Below, piece after piece: positions 1 to 8,994 of a DNA stretch of 64,000 nucleotides. Every line of letters starts with the position of its first letter. Position 1 is the first letter of the stretch. Location: positions 192,001 to 256,000 of the forward strand of contig JBEKDT010000002.1 of the NCBI GenBank assembly GCA_050014195.1, written 5' to 3'. The notes beneath the pieces were generated by a model, which made no database searches, was not told the DNA's origin, and saw only the letters and a program-made list of their open reading frames with translations. Source of the DNA: Desulfomonilia bacterium. GTDB lineage: Bacteria; Desulfobacterota; Desulfomonilia; UBA1062. A program made the position numbers and the translations under genes.

Positions 1-40
1 GCTATTTCATAAAAACAAAAAAGATTTTAAAGGTAATACT

Positions 41-1402
41 ATGAACAGGATGCGTTCTTTTTTTTCGATCTTTCTCCTGATTCTCTTTTCTCTCCATGTT
101 TTTATGGCCCAAGCGTATGCTGCAGAAAATCAAGTTCAGCAAAAGCCGGTGCTTGGAATAATCACGGGAAAGTCCACCAGTCAGAACACCCCATCGCAAA
201 ACCTCCTTGCCTCAGGAAAAATTACAAGCAACAAGATCGACTTGGTAACACAAAAGTTTGCCGAAGTTCTGGGGGACTGGGTGGCCGACAAGATTTTTCT
301 CGACATCACCTGGCTTAAGATCTTCTACTGCCTGATTTTGTTTCTGGGTGTTCTCATCCTCGATCGCATCATCAAGTATATCCTCAGCAGACAGATCCAT
401 AAGAAATTTGCTGCACGCATGCGCATGCAGACGCTTGCATCCTTGATCGATGCCCAGCGCGGTCCGCTATCCCTGTTCATCCTTTCGTATGGTGCCCTAT
501 GGTCCTTCTCCCCCATCCTGTCGCAATTCAAGTCTGTCAAGGACCTGCAGTATATTCCTATCGTTGTCGGCAAGGCCGCTGATATCGCCTGCTACTTTGC
601 CATCCTGTGGTATCTCTACCGCCTTGGTTTCTTTTTGGAGAATTACCTCAAAGACAAGGCTGATAAATCCGAAAAAGGCCTTGGCGACATGCTGCTGCCG
701 TTTCTCGGCAAGACTTTAGGTATTCTGATCATCTTTATCGGATTTGCCGTCATACTCCATCGACTCACCGGCATGAACTTCGGCCTCATGATCGCATCTT
801 TGGGTATCGGCGGCGCAGCCATCGCCTTTGCAGCCAAAGAGTCAATAGGCAACTTCTTAGGCTCGCTCACCATCATCTTTGACAAGCCCTTTACCCTAGG
901 AGACCGGATCGTCATCGATAATTACGATGGAGTCGTGGAACAGTTAGGGTTCAGGAGCACGCGGATCAGGACAATGGAAGGCAGCCTCGTGAGCATCCCG
1001 AATGAAAAAGTCATCACCTGTGCCCTGGAGAACATCGGGCAGAAACCCTATATTCGCTGGCTTAACAACTTCACCCTTGCCTCTGATACACCTCCCGCCA
1101 AGGTGGAGCAGGCCGTTGCAATCATCAAGGGCATCCTGGACAACCATGAAGGCATGAACCCCGACTTTCCGCCACGGGTTTACTTCAACGGCTTCAATGG
1201 TACAAGCCTCAACATCCTCGTGCTGACGTGGTACCACCCTGCCGAGTACTGGCAATACATGGATTGGCTCCAGCAGACCTGCTTCAAGATCTTAAACGCC
1301 TTTGAGGCTGAGGGCATTGAATTCGCCTACCCAATGCAAACCGTCAACCAGGCAGGGGATAAGAAGAAAGAGCTTGAGATTAAAGTAATCAGTGATCAGT
1401 GA
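41..1402 (+). CDS. mscS: MscS-family small-conductance mechanosensitive channel
   Basis: Multiple TM helices followed by ASLGIGGAAIAFAAKE..GNFLG, KPFTLGDRI and GFRSTRIRT..G.LVSIPN motifs, with C-terminal GIEFAYP. Confidence 0.9.
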   Translation: MNRMRSFFSIFLLILFSLHVFMAQAYAAENQVQQKPVLGIITGKSTSQNTPSQNLLASGKITSNKIDLVTQKFAEVLGDWVADKIFLDITWLKIFYCLILFLGVLILDRIIKYILSRQIHKKFAARMRMQTLASLIDAQRGPLSLFILSYGALWSFSPILSQFKSVKDLQYIPIVVGKAADIACYFAILWYLYRLGFFLENYLKDKADKSEKGLGDMLLPFLGKTLGILIIFIGFAVILHRLTGMNFGLMIASLGIGGAAIAFAAKESIGNFLGSLTIIFDKPFTLGDRIVIDNYDGVVEQLGFRSTRIRTMEGSLVSIPNEKVITCALENIGQKPYIRWLNNFTLASDTPPAKVEQAVAIIKGILDNHEGMNPDFPPRVYFNGFNGTSLNILVLTWYHPAEYWQYMDWLQQTCFKILNAFEAEGIEFAYPMQTVNQAGDKKKELEIKVISDQ

Positions 1403-1409
1403 TCACAGA

Positions 1410-2105
1410 TCACTGACTGTCAAGGTTCCCAAGCCAGCTCAGCGTCTTCCCGAGGATGCTGGCGTAGACCTGTTCATCGGTGACACTGGAGGCGACTTGC
1501 ATCTTGAAGGAATGATCCCCTCCTTCGATAACCTCAAGGGTCCAGGGTGCCTTGATCCGGCTGAGCACATCCTTTAGGATGGTAATATCGCAGAAAGGGT
1601 CGTGGCTCCCTTCAAAGAAGAGCATGGGGACATCAATCCTGTGGAGATGGGCATCCCGCAGGATATCCTTCTTGCCGGGCGGGTGGAGGGGATATCCGAG
1701 GAGGATTAATCCGCTGACATCAAAGAGTCCGGCCGCTACAGCCTGGCTGGCTATTCTGCCGCCAAGGGACTTGCCTGCTACCACAACCCTCTCCGGTTGA
1801 TACGCGGGGTGGTTCTTGAAAAACTGGTACACACTCAGCCACGTGGCCATAAGCACATCGTCACTGTCCGGGTTTCTCCGGGCTCTATCCCGGTAGGGGA
1901 AGTTGAACCTCACGCACAGATACCCTGCCTGCTCCAGGACATGGGCCATATGGACGAGCAGCGGGTTGAACATGTCGTTACCTGCACCATGGGCAAGGAT
2001 CACTGCAGTTTTGCGTGATGCATCATAGTTCTGTGGAAAAGAAACCAGTGTAGATATCTTTCCACCATGCTCTGCAGGGATGAACACGTATTCATCGGCA
2101 GCCAA
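1410..2105 (-). CDS. Alpha/beta-fold hydrolase (KANL3/Tex30-like, dienelactone hydrolase-related)
   Basis: HGAG oxyanion motif, GKSLGG nucleophile elbow, GYPLHPPG, D..DH catalytic residues. Confidence 0.8.
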   Translation of the reverse strand: MAADEYVFIPAEHGGKISTLVSFPQNYDASRKTAVILAHGAGNDMFNPLLVHMAHVLEQAGYLCVRFNFPYRDRARRNPDSDDVLMATWLSVYQFFKNHPAYQPERVVVAGKSLGGRIASQAVAAGLFDVSGLILLGYPLHPPGKKDILRDAHLHRIDVPMLFFEGSHDPFCDITILKDVLSRIKAPWTLEVIEGGDHSFKMQVASSVTDEQVYASILGKTLSWLGNLDSQ

Positions 2106-2314
2106 AATCGTCTCCTTCTCAATACGGACTGTTCTACATTATTATAAAAAATCCCTCGGAACCCATACCAGATGATATGATACCCTTTTCAATCATATAA
2201 TGATACCCGATGTCAAAACATCAGATGGTATTTGTGTGTCAATCAGGCTTTTGGCTTGAAATCATGAGAGAGATGCATATTGTCTTTTCCCATGAGATAC
2301 CCTAGATAACTCAC

Positions 2315-3415
2315 GTGGCCACCACAAAACTTAAGCGTGCTATGGCATATGTGCCCCTTGCCGCAGCTTTGATCATCGTGATGGTGGTGTTTATGATGGA
2401 AATACCTAAGAACGATCCTGAAGCATCAATGGTGCCGGCTGGAGAAGGCATGAGTATCTGGGATATCGCACGAAACAAGATCCACCACGGCAACGGCTAC
2501 TTTATAAATCCATTCACCCCCTTCGAGATGCGGCGCAGAAGCATGCTCGATGTACTGAGATGGAAATTCTTTTCAGACAATCAGTTCAAGCAGTATTACA
2601 AAGATGAGAAGGTCGAGCCTGTCCGCATCGACTGGCAACCTATCAAATCGAATACCTCCTTGAGCATCACCTATATCAACCATGCAAGCGTGCTCATCAA
2701 GGAAGGCACCACCTCTCTGCTCGTTGACCCGGTGCTGTTCGGCATGTTCTGGCCCATCAAGGATTTCAGCCCCCTTGCCTTTTCTCCGGATCAGATGCCG
2801 AAAATCGATGCCGTACTCATCACGCATGGACATTACGACCATCTCGACCTGAAATCCTTAAAGACGTTCAATGGTAACTCCCTCTTCTTGTGCCCCCTTG
2901 GATACGGCGACCTTCTCAAAGAAAACGGATCAAGAAGGGTCAAAGAGCTTGACTGGCTCGACAGCATAACAGTGGGCCCTTTTGAGATCACATTCCTGCC
3001 GTGCAACCACTGGACCATGCGCAATCCCATAATCGGGCCCAACACGGCCCTGTGGGGGTCGTATCTCGTCAAATCCTCATCGGGCAGAACCATCTATATC
3101 ACGGGAGACACTGCCTACTTCGACCGGTTTGCAGAGATTGGGCAGCGTTATAAGATAGACCTGGCAATCTTCAACCTCGGGGCATACGAGCCGCGATGGT
3201 TCATGAAGTATTCCCATATCAACCCCCGGGAGACGGTACAGGCATTCAAGGAACTCGGCGCAAAGAAGCTTATGGTCGTTCACTGGGGTACCTTCAGGCT
3301 GGGTGATGAGCCGGTATACCAGCCCCCTCTGGACATCAGGAAGGAAATGGAAAAGTCAGGGCTGTATGACAGACTCTTTGAGTTGAAGCACGGCCAGACA
3401 TTGTTCCTTGATTGA
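2315..3415 (+). CDS. MBL-fold metallo-hydrolase (NAPE-PLD/RomA-like) with N-terminal membrane anchor
   Basis: THGHYDHLD (HxHxDH), GDTAY, GAYEPRWFM, HWGTF motifs. Confidence 0.85.
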   Translation: MATTKLKRAMAYVPLAAALIIVMVVFMMEIPKNDPEASMVPAGEGMSIWDIARNKIHHGNGYFINPFTPFEMRRRSMLDVLRWKFFSDNQFKQYYKDEKVEPVRIDWQPIKSNTSLSITYINHASVLIKEGTTSLLVDPVLFGMFWPIKDFSPLAFSPDQMPKIDAVLITHGHYDHLDLKSLKTFNGNSLFLCPLGYGDLLKENGSRRVKELDWLDSITVGPFEITFLPCNHWTMRNPIIGPNTALWGSYLVKSSSGRTIYITGDTAYFDRFAEIGQRYKIDLAIFNLGAYEPRWFMKYSHINPRETVQAFKELGAKKLMVVHWGTFRLGDEPVYQPPLDIRKEMEKSGLYDRLFELKHGQTLFLD

Positions 3416-3514
3416 TTGCACGTCGTCCATCACCTCTCACCCCTGGTGATCATAAACAGCCTGCCCCGTCCTCTTGACAACCCGGGTATGGAGTTTATGA
3501 AATGGAATAAAGGC

Positions 3515-4504
3515 ATGGAAAATAATAACGCTGCAGATTGGAAAGGAAGAAAAGTCGTTATCGTGGGTGCCGGTGCGGTGGGGTCGACCTTTGCCTACGC
3601 CCTTGCCCAGAGCGGTATAGCAGACGATATCGCGATAATCGACCATAACCGGGAACTGGTGAGGGGCCAGGTCCTCGATCTGGCCAATGGCGTGCCTTTC
3701 TTCCCCACGGTACATATCCATGAAGGATTGCCGGATGATTACCGCGATGCCCAAGTGGTCGTTATAACTGCAGGCTCCAAGCAGCAACAGGGGGAATCAC
3801 GTTTGAACCTCCTTAAGAGAAACATCACCATCATTGAGCGGATCGCTTATGATATCGCCCGGAATGGCTCGCAGGCCGTCATTGTCGTGGTGAGCAATCC
3901 TGTGGATATTTTGTCATATGCCGCCCTGAAGAAGTCGGGGTTGCCGCGGGGACGCGTCATAGGCTCCGGCACCGTCCTTGACAGCTCCAGGTTGCGGTAC
4001 ATGCTTCACCAGTACTGCGGGATAGATGTACATAACGTCCACGCATATATCCTGGGTGAACATGGCGACAGCGAGTTTGCAGCATGGTCTATGACCCATA
4101 TGGCCGGCATCCCCATCGATCAATATTGCCAAATCTGCAACAAGTGCGACGATTGGAAAGAAGGACGGAAGAAAATAATGGACGACGTCAGGAATTCCGC
4201 TTACCACATTATAGATTATAAAGGTTCAACATATTTTGCCATAGGACTGGCCCTGGTTCAGATCGTATCTGCAATTGTCCGGAACCAGCACAGTGTCTTG
4301 ACCGTATCCACTATGCTGGGGGGAGAATATGGGGTTGAGGATGTCTGTCTGAGCATCCCCTGCATCGTCACCCGGCAGGGTGTTGAGAAGATCATAGAAG
4401 GACATCTGTCCGAGGATGAACTGCAGTCTCTTCATCTCTCGGCACACATCCTGAAGGACACGCTTGCCGGTCTTCACACGGATGAATCCCCTCATGTTCA
4501 CTGA
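3515..4504 (+). CDS. ldh: L-lactate dehydrogenase
   Basis: GAGAVG Rossmann motif, Q..GESRL substrate loop, GSGTVLDSSR, GEHGDS; start moved to ATG 3515. Confidence 0.9.
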   Translation: MENNNAADWKGRKVVIVGAGAVGSTFAYALAQSGIADDIAIIDHNRELVRGQVLDLANGVPFFPTVHIHEGLPDDYRDAQVVVITAGSKQQQGESRLNLLKRNITIIERIAYDIARNGSQAVIVVVSNPVDILSYAALKKSGLPRGRVIGSGTVLDSSRLRYMLHQYCGIDVHNVHAYILGEHGDSEFAAWSMTHMAGIPIDQYCQICNKCDDWKEGRKKIMDDVRNSAYHIIDYKGSTYFAIGLALVQIVSAIVRNQHSVLTVSTMLGGEYGVEDVCLSIPCIVTRQGVEKIIEGHLSEDELQSLHLSAHILKDTLAGLHTDESPHVH

Positions 4505-5701
4505 TCACCTCTTGGCCTTTTTGAACGCCCTTTCCAGGTCCTCGATGATGTCTTCGACATCTTCCAGTCCCACAGCCAGGCGGAACAGGGTGTCGGTGAT
4601 GCCGAGTTCATAGCGCTTCTCACGGGTATAGTCGTAATACGTTATGGTGGCCGGATGGGTGATGAGTGTCTCCGCACCACCGAAACTCGGACCGATATAG
4701 ATCATCTCGAGGGAGTCCATGAAACGGTTGGCATCATCAAGGTCACCCTTCGTGATAAAGGTAACCACGCACCCGCCGCCCGTCATCTGCTCCTTGGCGA
4801 TTGCATAGTGCTGGTGGCTTTCCAGAAACGGATAGTACACCCGCTCAACGTCGGGGTGGCTTTCAAGAAATTTGGCCACTTCAAGGGCTGTTTCGTTCTG
4901 CAGCTTCACCCGCATGGGGAATGTCTTAATTCCCCGCAGCAGGAGATAGCAGCAGTGGGCGTCGATAAGGCCGCCCATGGACTTATGGAGGCTTCGGATA
5001 GGGGTGATGAGCTCGGTACTCCCCAGTACGACACCAGCCAGGATATCGTTGTGCCCTGACAGGTACTTGGTTCCGCTGTAGGTGACAAGATCGATGCCGA
5101 ACTCCAGGGGCCTCTGGTTGATAGGCGTGGCTATGGTGCTGTCGATGAGAGTCATAATATGATGTTTATCAGCAATCTTCTTGAGTAAAACAAGGTCAAA
5201 GACATTGAGGTACGGGTTCGTGGGAGACTCGGAGAAGATAAACTTGGTGTTCTTTCTAATTGCGCCCTCCAGGGCATCATAGTCGCCGAAGGGTACTATG
5301 GTGCAATCCACACCGAATCTCTGCAGGTAGATATTACAGAATTCAAGGGTCTTCTTGTAGCTGTCATCCGTAATGACAATGTGATCTCCGGTGCTGACCA
5401 GGGAAAGGATCGTGGTGGTGATGGCCATCATGCCGGATGAGAAGACCACGCAGTCTTCGGCCCCTTCAAGGTCCGCAATGCGCCGCTGGGCTATGACCTC
5501 GGTAGGGTTGCCATACCTGCCGTACTCGAACCTCTCCTTTTTTTCCTTTGTGTATTCTCTGATGTCCTTGCTGTTCTTGAATGTGAATGTGGAGGTCTGA
5601 AATATCGGCGTGGTCAGGGAATCGGCATATTTATCCCGAGGCTCACCCGCGTGGATCGCCCGGGATGCCATGCCGGATTTTTTCTTTCTTTTTTCGTTCA
5701 T
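4505..5701 (-). CDS. metB: PLP-dependent trans-sulfuration enzyme (cystathionine gamma-synthase-like)
   Basis: YGRYGNPT, ESPTNP, SGTKYLSGHND (PLP lysine), RLAVGLE; GGAG RBS before ATG at 5701. Confidence 0.8.
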   Translation of the reverse strand: MNEKRKKKSGMASRAIHAGEPRDKYADSLTTPIFQTSTFTFKNSKDIREYTKEKKERFEYGRYGNPTEVIAQRRIADLEGAEDCVVFSSGMMAITTTILSLVSTGDHIVITDDSYKKTLEFCNIYLQRFGVDCTIVPFGDYDALEGAIRKNTKFIFSESPTNPYLNVFDLVLLKKIADKHHIMTLIDSTIATPINQRPLEFGIDLVTYSGTKYLSGHNDILAGVVLGSTELITPIRSLHKSMGGLIDAHCCYLLLRGIKTFPMRVKLQNETALEVAKFLESHPDVERVYYPFLESHQHYAIAKEQMTGGGCVVTFITKGDLDDANRFMDSLEMIYIGPSFGGAETLITHPATITYYDYTREKRYELGITDTLFRLAVGLEDVEDIIEDLERAFKKAKR

Positions 5702-5745
5702 GACTTCTCCTTTTCCGCACATCCCTAATAAAATAATTAGTGTTT

Positions 5746-5774
5746 ATGCTAATATACGCCCTGTTTACTGTCAA
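5746..5774 (-). promoter_or_regulatory. Putative sigma70 promoter of the metB-like gene
   Basis: Minus strand TTGACA-N17-TAGCAT, 45 nt upstream of the start. Confidence 0.6.
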
Positions 5775-5846
5775 GGCAAAAGCTGCCCTGAAACGGCCCG
5801 GTTCTCCTTGTCATGATCGAAACGGATGTGGTAACAGCCCTGGGCT

Positions 5847-6488
5847 ATGAACGACGTCATAGATGCGGTCATACAATATGCACGGAACCACTTCGAGGAT
5901 GCAAAATACAGCCACGACTGGGAGCATACTGAACGGGTTTACAAGCTGTGCATGCACATCGGCGCCATTGAAGGGGCGGACCTTGATGTACTTGCAATAT
6001 CCGCCTTTCTGCATGATATCGGCAGGACTCACCAGGACAAGGCCAAGGGAAGCATCTGTCATGCCGAGAAGGGTGCCGATATGGCCCGTGAGATGTTGGA
6101 AAAGTACCCGATCCCTCACGAGAAGAAGGAGAATATCATCCACTGCGTCCTGACCCACCGGTACCGGAACAGCCATGTACCCGAGACTATTGAGGCCAAG
6201 GTCCTTTTTGATGCCGACAAGCTCGATGCCATAGGCGCGGTGGGAATAGCCCGGGCATACCTTTTTGCCGGCGAGGTGGGGGCCGTACTGCACAACCCCC
6301 ATGCAATACCTGAGCAGACCAAGCCCTACAGTAAGGATGACACAGGCTATCGGGAATACAGGGTGAAACTCAGTCGGATTAAGGATAAAATGCTCACGTC
6401 GGAAGGCAAGCGCATGGCGCAAGAACGCCATGCCTTCATGGAAGATTTCTTCGAGCGCTTCCTTAAGGAGCATGAGGGGCTGCTGTGA
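5847..6488 (+). CDS. HD-domain phosphohydrolase (YedJ-like)
   Basis: HDWEH...LHDIG...HAEKG...DADKLDAIG. Confidence 0.85.
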   Translation: MNDVIDAVIQYARNHFEDAKYSHDWEHTERVYKLCMHIGAIEGADLDVLAISAFLHDIGRTHQDKAKGSICHAEKGADMAREMLEKYPIPHEKKENIIHCVLTHRYRNSHVPETIEAKVLFDADKLDAIGAVGIARAYLFAGEVGAVLHNPHAIPEQTKPYSKDDTGYREYRVKLSRIKDKMLTSEGKRMAQERHAFMEDFFERFLKEHEGLL

Positions 6489-6534
6489 TGACTCAAACAT
6501 ATAAAAAGTTTATCGAATAACTTAGGAAAACGTC

Positions 6535-6885
6535 ATGCACGAGCTCCCTGTCATGCAGAGCATCCTTACGATTGTACTCAAACATGCAGCCATGCATCGT
6601 ATGAAGAAGATTCATGCTATTAATCTGTCCGTGGGTACATTGAGCGACCTTGAAGCCGAATGGATGCAGCGCTATTTTGATCATTTAAGCGCCGGGACGG
6701 TTGCCGAAGGGGCCAGGCTCAAGATCGAGTGGGTGCCTGCCGTGCTCTCATGCGAGGCATGCGGGGAGCACTTTGAGATCGACAAGACCAAGCTGGGCGG
6801 CATCACCTGCCCTGCATGCGGGCAAAAGAAGTTTTCACTAGTGTCCGGCAAGGAATACCATATCAAGGACATGGAGGCCGAATGA
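6535..6885 (+). CDS. hypA: Nickel metallochaperone HypA
   Basis: N-terminal MHE, two CxxC (CEAC, CPAC), SGKE. Confidence 0.95.
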   Translation: MHELPVMQSILTIVLKHAAMHRMKKIHAINLSVGTLSDLEAEWMQRYFDHLSAGTVAEGARLKIEWVPAVLSCEACGEHFEIDKTKLGGITCPACGQKKFSLVSGKEYHIKDMEAE

Positions 6886-7553
6886 TGAGCGAGATCCGCC
6901 TGATCGAGATCAAAGAAGAGATCCTCTCTGACAATAAAAAAGATGCCGACACCTTGAGAAAGAAGCTGAAAGATCAGAAGACCTTTCTCCTCAATCTCAT
7001 GTCCTCGCCGGGCGCCGGTAAGACGACCCTGATACTTAAGACCATCGAGCACCTCAAGACCAGATTCCGGATAGGCGTGCTTGAGGCGGACATCGACTCC
7101 ATGGTGGATGCCGAGAAGGTAGCAGCCGCAGGCATCCCTGCCGTGCAGATCAGGACCGGCGGTTTCTGCCACCTGGACGCCACTATGGTGATGAAGGGAC
7201 TCAATGCATTCGACCTTTCAAGCCTTGATCTTGTCATCATCGAGAATGTGGGCAATCTCGTATGTCCGGCCGAGTTCGACACCGGCGCAGTGAAGAACGC
7301 CATGATCTTAAGCGTGCCCGAGGGCGATGACAAACCCTTGAAATACCCACTCATGTTCAGCATCTGTGATGTGCTGCTGGTAAACAAGATCGATTACTTA
7401 AGCATTTCCGACTTCGACATGAAGGCCCTCCATGAGCGGGCCCGCACGCTGAACCCCGGCATTACGATCATCGAAACCTCGGGAAAGACCGGGGCCGGGA
7501 TTGATGCATGGGCGCAGTGGCTGGCCAAGGAGACACATACTTTCATCACCTAA
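6882..7553 (+). CDS. hypB: Nickel-insertion GTPase HypB
   Basis: SSPGAGKT, CHLDA, ENVGNLVCPAEF, EGDDKPLKYP, NKID; ATGA overlap with hypA. Confidence 0.95.
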   Translation: MMSEIRLIEIKEEILSDNKKDADTLRKKLKDQKTFLLNLMSSPGAGKTTLILKTIEHLKTRFRIGVLEADIDSMVDAEKVAAAGIPAVQIRTGGFCHLDATMVMKGLNAFDLSSLDLVIIENVGNLVCPAEFDTGAVKNAMILSVPEGDDKPLKYPLMFSICDVLLVNKIDYLSISDFDMKALHERARTLNPGITIIETSGKTGAGIDAWAQWLAKETHTFIT

Positions 7554-7561
7554 GGTCTTTC

Positions 7562-7701
7562 GAAGGAACGCCTTGAGGGGCGATCTTACGAAGGATATCG
7601 TGGCTTAAAGCCGCTCATATATTATGCAGCATATTACGGAGATGTAGGAGCGCCTTCAGGCGCGACCCGTTCGGGATATCGCGGCTAAAGCCGCTCCTAC
7701 A
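7562..7701. repeat. Two tandem GTAG-family REP doublets (REPIN-like), one intact and one degenerate
   Basis: TGTAGGAGCGCCTTCAGGCGCGA...TCGCGGCTAAAGCCGCTCCTACA at 7643-7701; decayed copy GAAGGAACGCCTTGAGGGGCGA...TCGTGGCTTAAAGCCGCTCATAT at 7562-7620. Confidence 0.8.
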
Positions 7702-7762
7702 ATCTGCTTGATCTTGGACCGCCCTGTATGGGTATATAGGGCACAAAAATTGCGAGTGCACT

Positions 7763-8986
7763 ATGATCAGAATCAATGAAAACTACCTGAAGCTCAGACC
7801 GTCATATCTGTTTTCCGAAATATCCCGCCGCGTGGAGGCTTTCCAGGAGGCTTACCCCGGCAAAGATATCATCCGGCTCGGTATCGGCGATGTCACCCGG
7901 GCCCTGCCGAAATCATGTATTAATGCCTTTCACCTTGCCGTGGAGGAAATGGCATCAGACAGCACCTTCAAGGGCTATGGTCCTGAGCAGGGGTATGCTT
8001 TTCTCAGAGAAAAGATCGCCCGGTATGATTATCAGTCCAGAGGGGCCGAGATACATGCAGACGAGATATTCGTCAGCGACGGCGCCAAGAGCGATACGGC
8101 CAACATCCAGGAGATCTTTTCAGGTGATATACTCATCGCAATCCCCGATCCGGTCTACCCTGTCTACCTCGACACCAATGTCATGGCAGGCCGGACAGGC
8201 GACCTTGGAGATGGGAGATATAAGAAAATCATCTACCTTGACAGCACTGCGGAAAACGGCTTTGTGCCCGGTCTTCCGAAAGAGAAGGTGGATCTCATCT
8301 ACCTGTGCTTTCCCAATAACCCGACAGGCGCCGTCATTACAAAAGATATGCTGAAGCAATGGGTGGATTATGCACGGCACAACAAGGCTCTGATCCTCTA
8401 TGACGCCGCCTATGAGGCATTCATCAAGGATGAGTCGCTCCCCCGGTCCATCTATGAGCTGGAAGGCGCCAGGGAGGTGGCCATCGAGTTCAGGAGCTTC
8501 TCCAAGACTGCAGGATTCACCGGGACAAGGTGTGCCTACACGGTTGTGCCCAAATCCTGCATGGCCTACGACAGTGCCGGTGGAACACATTTCCTGCATT
8601 CCTTTTGGAACAGGCGGCAGGCCACAAAGTTCAACGGCGTCTCCTACCCTGTGCAAAAGGCTGCTGAGGCGGTCTATTCAGAAGAAGGCAGGGCCCAGGT
8701 AAAAGAACTCATCGGCTACTACATGAACAATGCCTCCCTTATCAGGGCACGTATGCAGCCGCTTGGATACACATGCACGGGAGGAGAGAACTCGCCCTAT
8801 ATCTGGGTGAAGACTCTCATGGACTCCTGGGATTTCTTTGACATGCTCCTGAACAAGGCAGGAGTCGTGTGCACCCCGGGCTCCGGTTTCGGCAGGTGCG
8901 GACAGGGCTATATCCGCATCAGTGCCTTCAACAGCCATGAAAACGTAGAAAGGGCGATAGAGAATATAGAGCAGGTTTTGAAATAA
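7763..8986 (+). CDS. dapL: LL-diaminopimelate aminotransferase
   Basis: [49 protein letters not shown]. Confidence 0.95.
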   Translation: MIRINENYLKLRPSYLFSEISRRVEAFQEAYPGKDIIRLGIGDVTRALPKSCINAFHLAVEEMASDSTFKGYGPEQGYAFLREKIARYDYQSRGAEIHADEIFVSDGAKSDTANIQEIFSGDILIAIPDPVYPVYLDTNVMAGRTGDLGDGRYKKIIYLDSTAENGFVPGLPKEKVDLIYLCFPNNPTGAVITKDMLKQWVDYARHNKALILYDAAYEAFIKDESLPRSIYELEGAREVAIEFRSFSKTAGFTGTRCAYTVVPKSCMAYDSAGGTHFLHSFWNRRQATKFNGVSYPVQKAAEAVYSEEGRAQVKELIGYYMNNASLIRARMQPLGYTCTGGENSPYIWVKTLMDSWDFFDMLLNKAGVVCTPGSGFGRCGQGYIRISAFNSHENVERAIENIEQVLK

Positions 8987-8994
8987 AATCTTTC

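Noticed and set aside
2161-2232. Repeated ATGATACCC and partial inverted ATACCA motifs between divergent genes
   Set aside because: Short and irregular; could be operators but not distinguishable from chance.
5702-5846. SAM riboswitch or T-box upstream of the metB-like gene
   Set aside because: The leader is too short given the predicted promoter and has no matching structure.
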